64,000 bases of DNA from Emiliania huxleyi CCMP1516. Lineage: Eukaryota. The notes under the pieces were generated by a model. It was not told the DNA's origin. It made no database searches and saw only the letters and a program-made list of their open reading frames with translations. Position numbers and translations under genes: made by a program. The DNA is taken from the NCBI RefSeq assembly GCF_000372725.1, contig NW_005202428.1:1163331-1227330 (forward strand). The letters run 5' to 3'. Numbering within the stretch: the stretch's first letter is position 1; every line of letters starts with the position of its first letter. Positions 61,401-64,000 of this stretch are shown piece after piece.

Positions 61401-61713
61401 TCTCCTGAAGCTGGCATGGATATGCTGTGTTCGCCTGGTCGTAAAAGGCCTTGAAGCATTGCTGGTCGGACTTGCACGCTTCGAAACACTCCGCCTCGGT
61501 TGTGCCCGCGAACAGAACGCTGTAACTGAGGAGGCAACGCAGCGCGTGATCGTCGTCGTATAGGCAAAGTGACGGCGGCGGCAGCGGCGGCGACGGCGGC
61601 AACGGCGATGCGGAGGGAGGTGGCGGCGACGGCGACGTCATGGCGAGCCGAAGCTGCAAGGTATATCGCGTGCGAATTGGGAGCGAGTTGCAATCGAAGG
61701 AGGCGTTGTTCAT
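58426..61713 (-). CDS. Receptor-like single-pass membrane protein with a cytosolic mono-ADP-ribosyltransferase domain; intronless; frame open to 61986 and true start uncertain
   Basis: Cys-rich and SPPP ectodomain, two RRL-containing repeats, TM VVWSIAAGLGSICIFGAVAGAGLL + KRLKR, then LRLYT...IN..LR, LYRG, MSTTS, FPAEREFLFPP. Confidence 0.85.
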   Translation of the reverse strand: MNNASFDCNSLPIRTRYTLQLRLAMTSPSPPPPSASPLPPSPPLPPPSLCLYDDDHALRCLLSYSVLFAGTTEAECFEACKSDQQCFKAFYDQANTAYPCQLQESDEACETGGHTLTGSWSSACALNGGTQECWKKSACLPPAAPPSASPSPPPPSASPSPPPPPSPPPSLPSSISSDCAAAASNGCLDDCCSWTYCADAPDDNCEYANIPAKCLSPQPQHGGGTGECVAQLPLSDYPAFGYSLSCCTPPPMPPPPAPPPPSPPPPSTSPSPPPPAPPPPTSPPPTPPPPSPPPPTPPPPSASPPPPPPSPPQPSPPPTLPPQPSPPLPSTPPPPPSPPPLPPPPLPAPPSLPANLPATVLLEMPLDVTTQDLAAMEPFDRTDFIQRVDEAGRSDCLRIEAQANLAAGSCRYRIENLPESGGGRRLQEGETDQVRLVFTTTTPTALEVEDVVNALPASVAEAQSTFEGLGVTDVRISTFTTRPPSPPPPEPPSPPSPPPPPSPPPSPPPPNLPVSLPATVNISFPLTETLDDFYERCEEERVTFIAGLAEVGAQTCRRIEVENSLAAGSCSADLVFPEAYEAPPPPVPACSTDSRAAAVLGRRRLTAASLRFVFIISAPTGLIGEEVVQKIEEQTGSAEAASDFLGAPGLASGPPAISVSVCDPASDPCCGVDRGACRQGIAPTPAYSGVVWSIAAGLGSICIFGAVAGAGLLKRLKRLGRHQGIGKREDRLSALTSADLAQICVLEPTVSELARRMRAESRLLWADRASDVVCVDLTDGTASEDAFNRFANVGVRDLVFGRPAEAALGICHYMCVDESTLGARIACGVSAIVDEVTASANACDLECLQYVLDAEAGSSDRGFQGGLRRDCDEEGEVLACRLVPDGKGGQRGMTIDDFVAHPSARQSLLTKAHVVALRLYTSAAFRSINDPLRDRDRYENKLPHKLPVTVALLRDALGKLRAVEANQGSTGGGDDEGAFASPRISPRELHLYRGMKDVRAPLEFLAQGGTELAPMSTTSSLAVAMKYSASRNAVLLRLVTDSFISRGPDISFLSAFPAEREFLFPPLTYLAPTGNVEKIAVGGASWDVIDVKPHL

Positions 61714-62081
61714 GAACGCTATTTCGCCTCCTTGGGCCACGCGCTCAGTGCGATTCCCTTGCTTGGCGGCACGTCCAGCACAACCATCCCATAAGAATTT
61801 GCCAACGACAAACCCAAACAACAAACACAACACATAATAGTCGTGCGGAACGTTCCCGAGCGAGACAGAGGAGAAAGAAACGACAGCCGGCACATCATTT
61901 GGGATCTTGGGCTGGGTTTTGGTTGTTCTCGGCAAAATATTAGAAAAAGAAATCTGACCCCGCGCGGCCGAGGCCTGGAATCGCACGAGCGCGAGTACGG
62001 CCTGGCGCCCGAGCCCGGCAGGCGGTCGCTCGCAGTTCGTGCAGGCCGGTTAGGCCGCGCCGAGGCTCCCCGAAGCCAGAC

Positions 62082-63828
62082 ATGCTCGGCAGCAGCGGCC
62101 ACAGCGGCAGCGCTTGCAGCAACACGCGCCGCTCGGAGGTGGAAGCAACTCGCTCGTTGATCGCCGACCTGTCCTGGAACAATCTGTCCTGGCAACAAGC
62201 AAAGACGGTGCTCCTCGGCGCGCAGAAGGCACCGGACAGCCGCTTCTTCGAGCTGCCGCAGGTACTAGTGCCGAAGATTTTGAAAATGGCGCACCGGCCG
62301 CAGTGGCAGCCGAGGTTCACTGGTCTGCGCGCTGTGCCGCGAAGGATGGGCCTGATCAGCGCCCGAGGCACCAGGCTCTCCTTCCGGGCGAACCCGAGCC
62401 TGGTGGAGAGCGACGACCCGCGCTCGACGCCCTCGGTCGAGCTCGACGGCGAGGGCGTGCAGGCGTGCGTCCTCCGGCTGAGCGAAGTCGGGATCGGCAG
62501 CGTCGTCCGCCTGTTTCGCGTCTCTGACGGCGGCGAGCAGCTCGCCGTCTGCTTCTCGGTTGACCCTCGCTGGGACACCAGCCCCGAGCGGGAGTTCTCC
62601 CAGGAGGAGGTGCACGTCCTGTTTGACGCGCCCCGGTCGCGCGCCACCTCGGAGTGGGCCACGCTGCTGCCGCAGCACGAAGGGCGGGCCGTGCCCGCAG
62701 GCCGCGTCGAAAAGTACCTCGCGCACGTGGCCGGCTGGTCTGGCTGGTCGTCCGGTCGATGCAGCGGGGCTGGCCCGGATGGGCGCGCGCAGGACGTCGA
62801 GCTCCACTTTCTGTTTGATTTTGAGCGGCGGACAGTGCGGCTCGGCCTGTGCGCAGAATGGGCGGTGGACGGCATGTCGGATTGGGGCGTGACGGGCTGG
62901 CGCTTCTTTGGCCGCGCCTTCCCGCTGGGCGAGGGGCGGCTGCGGCTCGGCATCGCGGGCTTCTACGGCGACGCGGGAAGGGTCGCGCAGCCGCGACGGC
63001 GGTGTCCAACTCCCGGAGCCTTCCGTGTACCTTCTAGGAAGCTTCCGAGTAGGTGGTGCAGCCTGACGGCGGGGTGGAGATCAAGCGGGTGAGCGCGACG
63101 GTGTCTGCCCCGCACCCGAGCGGCGAGTTCTACACCGCGTTCGCCGAGAACTTGTGCGAGGAGGAGGGGGTGGCGCCCCAGGTGGTGGCGGAGCTCCGCC
63201 GGGCGTTTGACACGGCGGTTGTGTCGGGCACGCCGTGGAGCTGGGTGGAAGCGGTGGTACCGCTTCTCGGAGCCCTCTGATCTCGGAACTTTCCCTAGGC
63301 ATAATCGAGCCGGAGCGGTGGAGCCCGTGCGAGGAGGAGCCCAGCGAGCGAGGAGGCTGGACTATGCCCAGCAATGGCGAGCGCGGCCGCGCCCTGATCT
63401 GCGCCAACCGGAATGCAGAGGCGTGCGCTCTCCGTCTCCGGCCGAGTGCCCTCCGTGTGCCGTTAGGAGCCTTCTAGGAGCCTTCCTGTCTGCAGGCGTG
63501 CAACCCGGCCGAGTGCGTGTCGTGCCAGTTCGCAAACAGCAACGGTTGGCAGGACTTTTGCTTCTCGACGGGGTGCGACGGCGGGGGTTGGGGACAGTCC
63601 GCTAGCACGAGCACTTGGAACTGCGACGTCCGCCGCTCAGGCTGCCGCAAGCCGGCGCCCCACTCCGACCCGTGGCGCGCAGACCAGCCGCTCGAGTGGT
63701 GGTGCTGCGCCGGAGACGGCGAGGAGGAGGGGTGCGGCTTCGCGGTGTGCGGTCCCTGCCATGCCGCGGCGCCCGACGCGCACGCGCAGACGGGTTGCAC
63801 GATGCCGCTGCTGCAGCGGTGGTGGTAG
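62082..63828 (+). CDS. Hypothetical multi-exon protein with F-box-like motif and C-terminal ZZ/DC1-like Cys finger
   Basis: FFELPQVLVPKILKM; last exon WNCDV...C...WWCC....CGFAVCGPC. Confidence 0.5.
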
Positions 63829-64000
63829 GAGAGACTGAGAGTCGATTTGAACGTGCGTGGGTGTTGGGGGAGGCGAACTGACTTGAGAGTACTCCCCCCC
63901 GCGCGGCGTGTGGCCGTGTCCCGTGCGCCGTGTGAGTGGGCGTCGACCGTCGAGCGCTAAGCGTCGAGCGTCGTGTGCGCGTGTGGGGTGTGCCGTGTGC

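Noticed and set aside
326..63881. Hundreds of long Arg/Pro/Ala-rich six-frame ORFs
   Set aside because: Shadow frames expected in high-GC DNA; they overlap better-supported genes and lack motifs

Overview
GC-rich (visually about 65-70%) eukaryotic nuclear DNA. GC-AG introns, intronic 10-11-nt tandem repeats, (CA)n tracts and a nucleus-encoded, bipartite-targeted plastid IF-1 suggest a haptophyte such as Emiliania/Gephyrocapsa huxleyi (inference). Intron-containing genes: YqeH/NOA1-type GTPase, J-domain Zn-finger protein, GH5 glycoside hydrolase, FMO, SLU7, RPL12, CUE protein, RING-H2 E3, Ldh_2-family dehydrogenase, DGAT2-like acyltransferase, P5A-ATPase and RNase T2. Intronless genes: infA, MATE-like transporter, amino-acid transporter, F-box/RCC1 protein, a duplicated WWE + 2xMBD-like gene and a receptor-like ADP-ribosyltransferase. 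Mobile DNA includes a CRE-like RT fragment, a frameshifted tyrosine-recombinase relic, two TIR/TSD elements, fold-back elements and a modular dispersed repeat family. There is one 100-N gap, and the sequence next to it is low quality. Top findings: (1) a single-pass membrane protein joining a Pro/Cys-rich, SEA-like ectodomain to a cytosolic R-S-E ADP-ribosyltransferase; (2) direct repeats spanning many intron boundaries, including GA-AG introns; (3) the WWE-MBD-like tandem duplicate; (4) the recombinase relic bracketed by the dispersed repeat family; (5) an RRM/CysRS-anticodon-like/WW/GYF/SAP protein. All family calls are by eye from motifs, with no database searches run. Exon boundaries are approximate.
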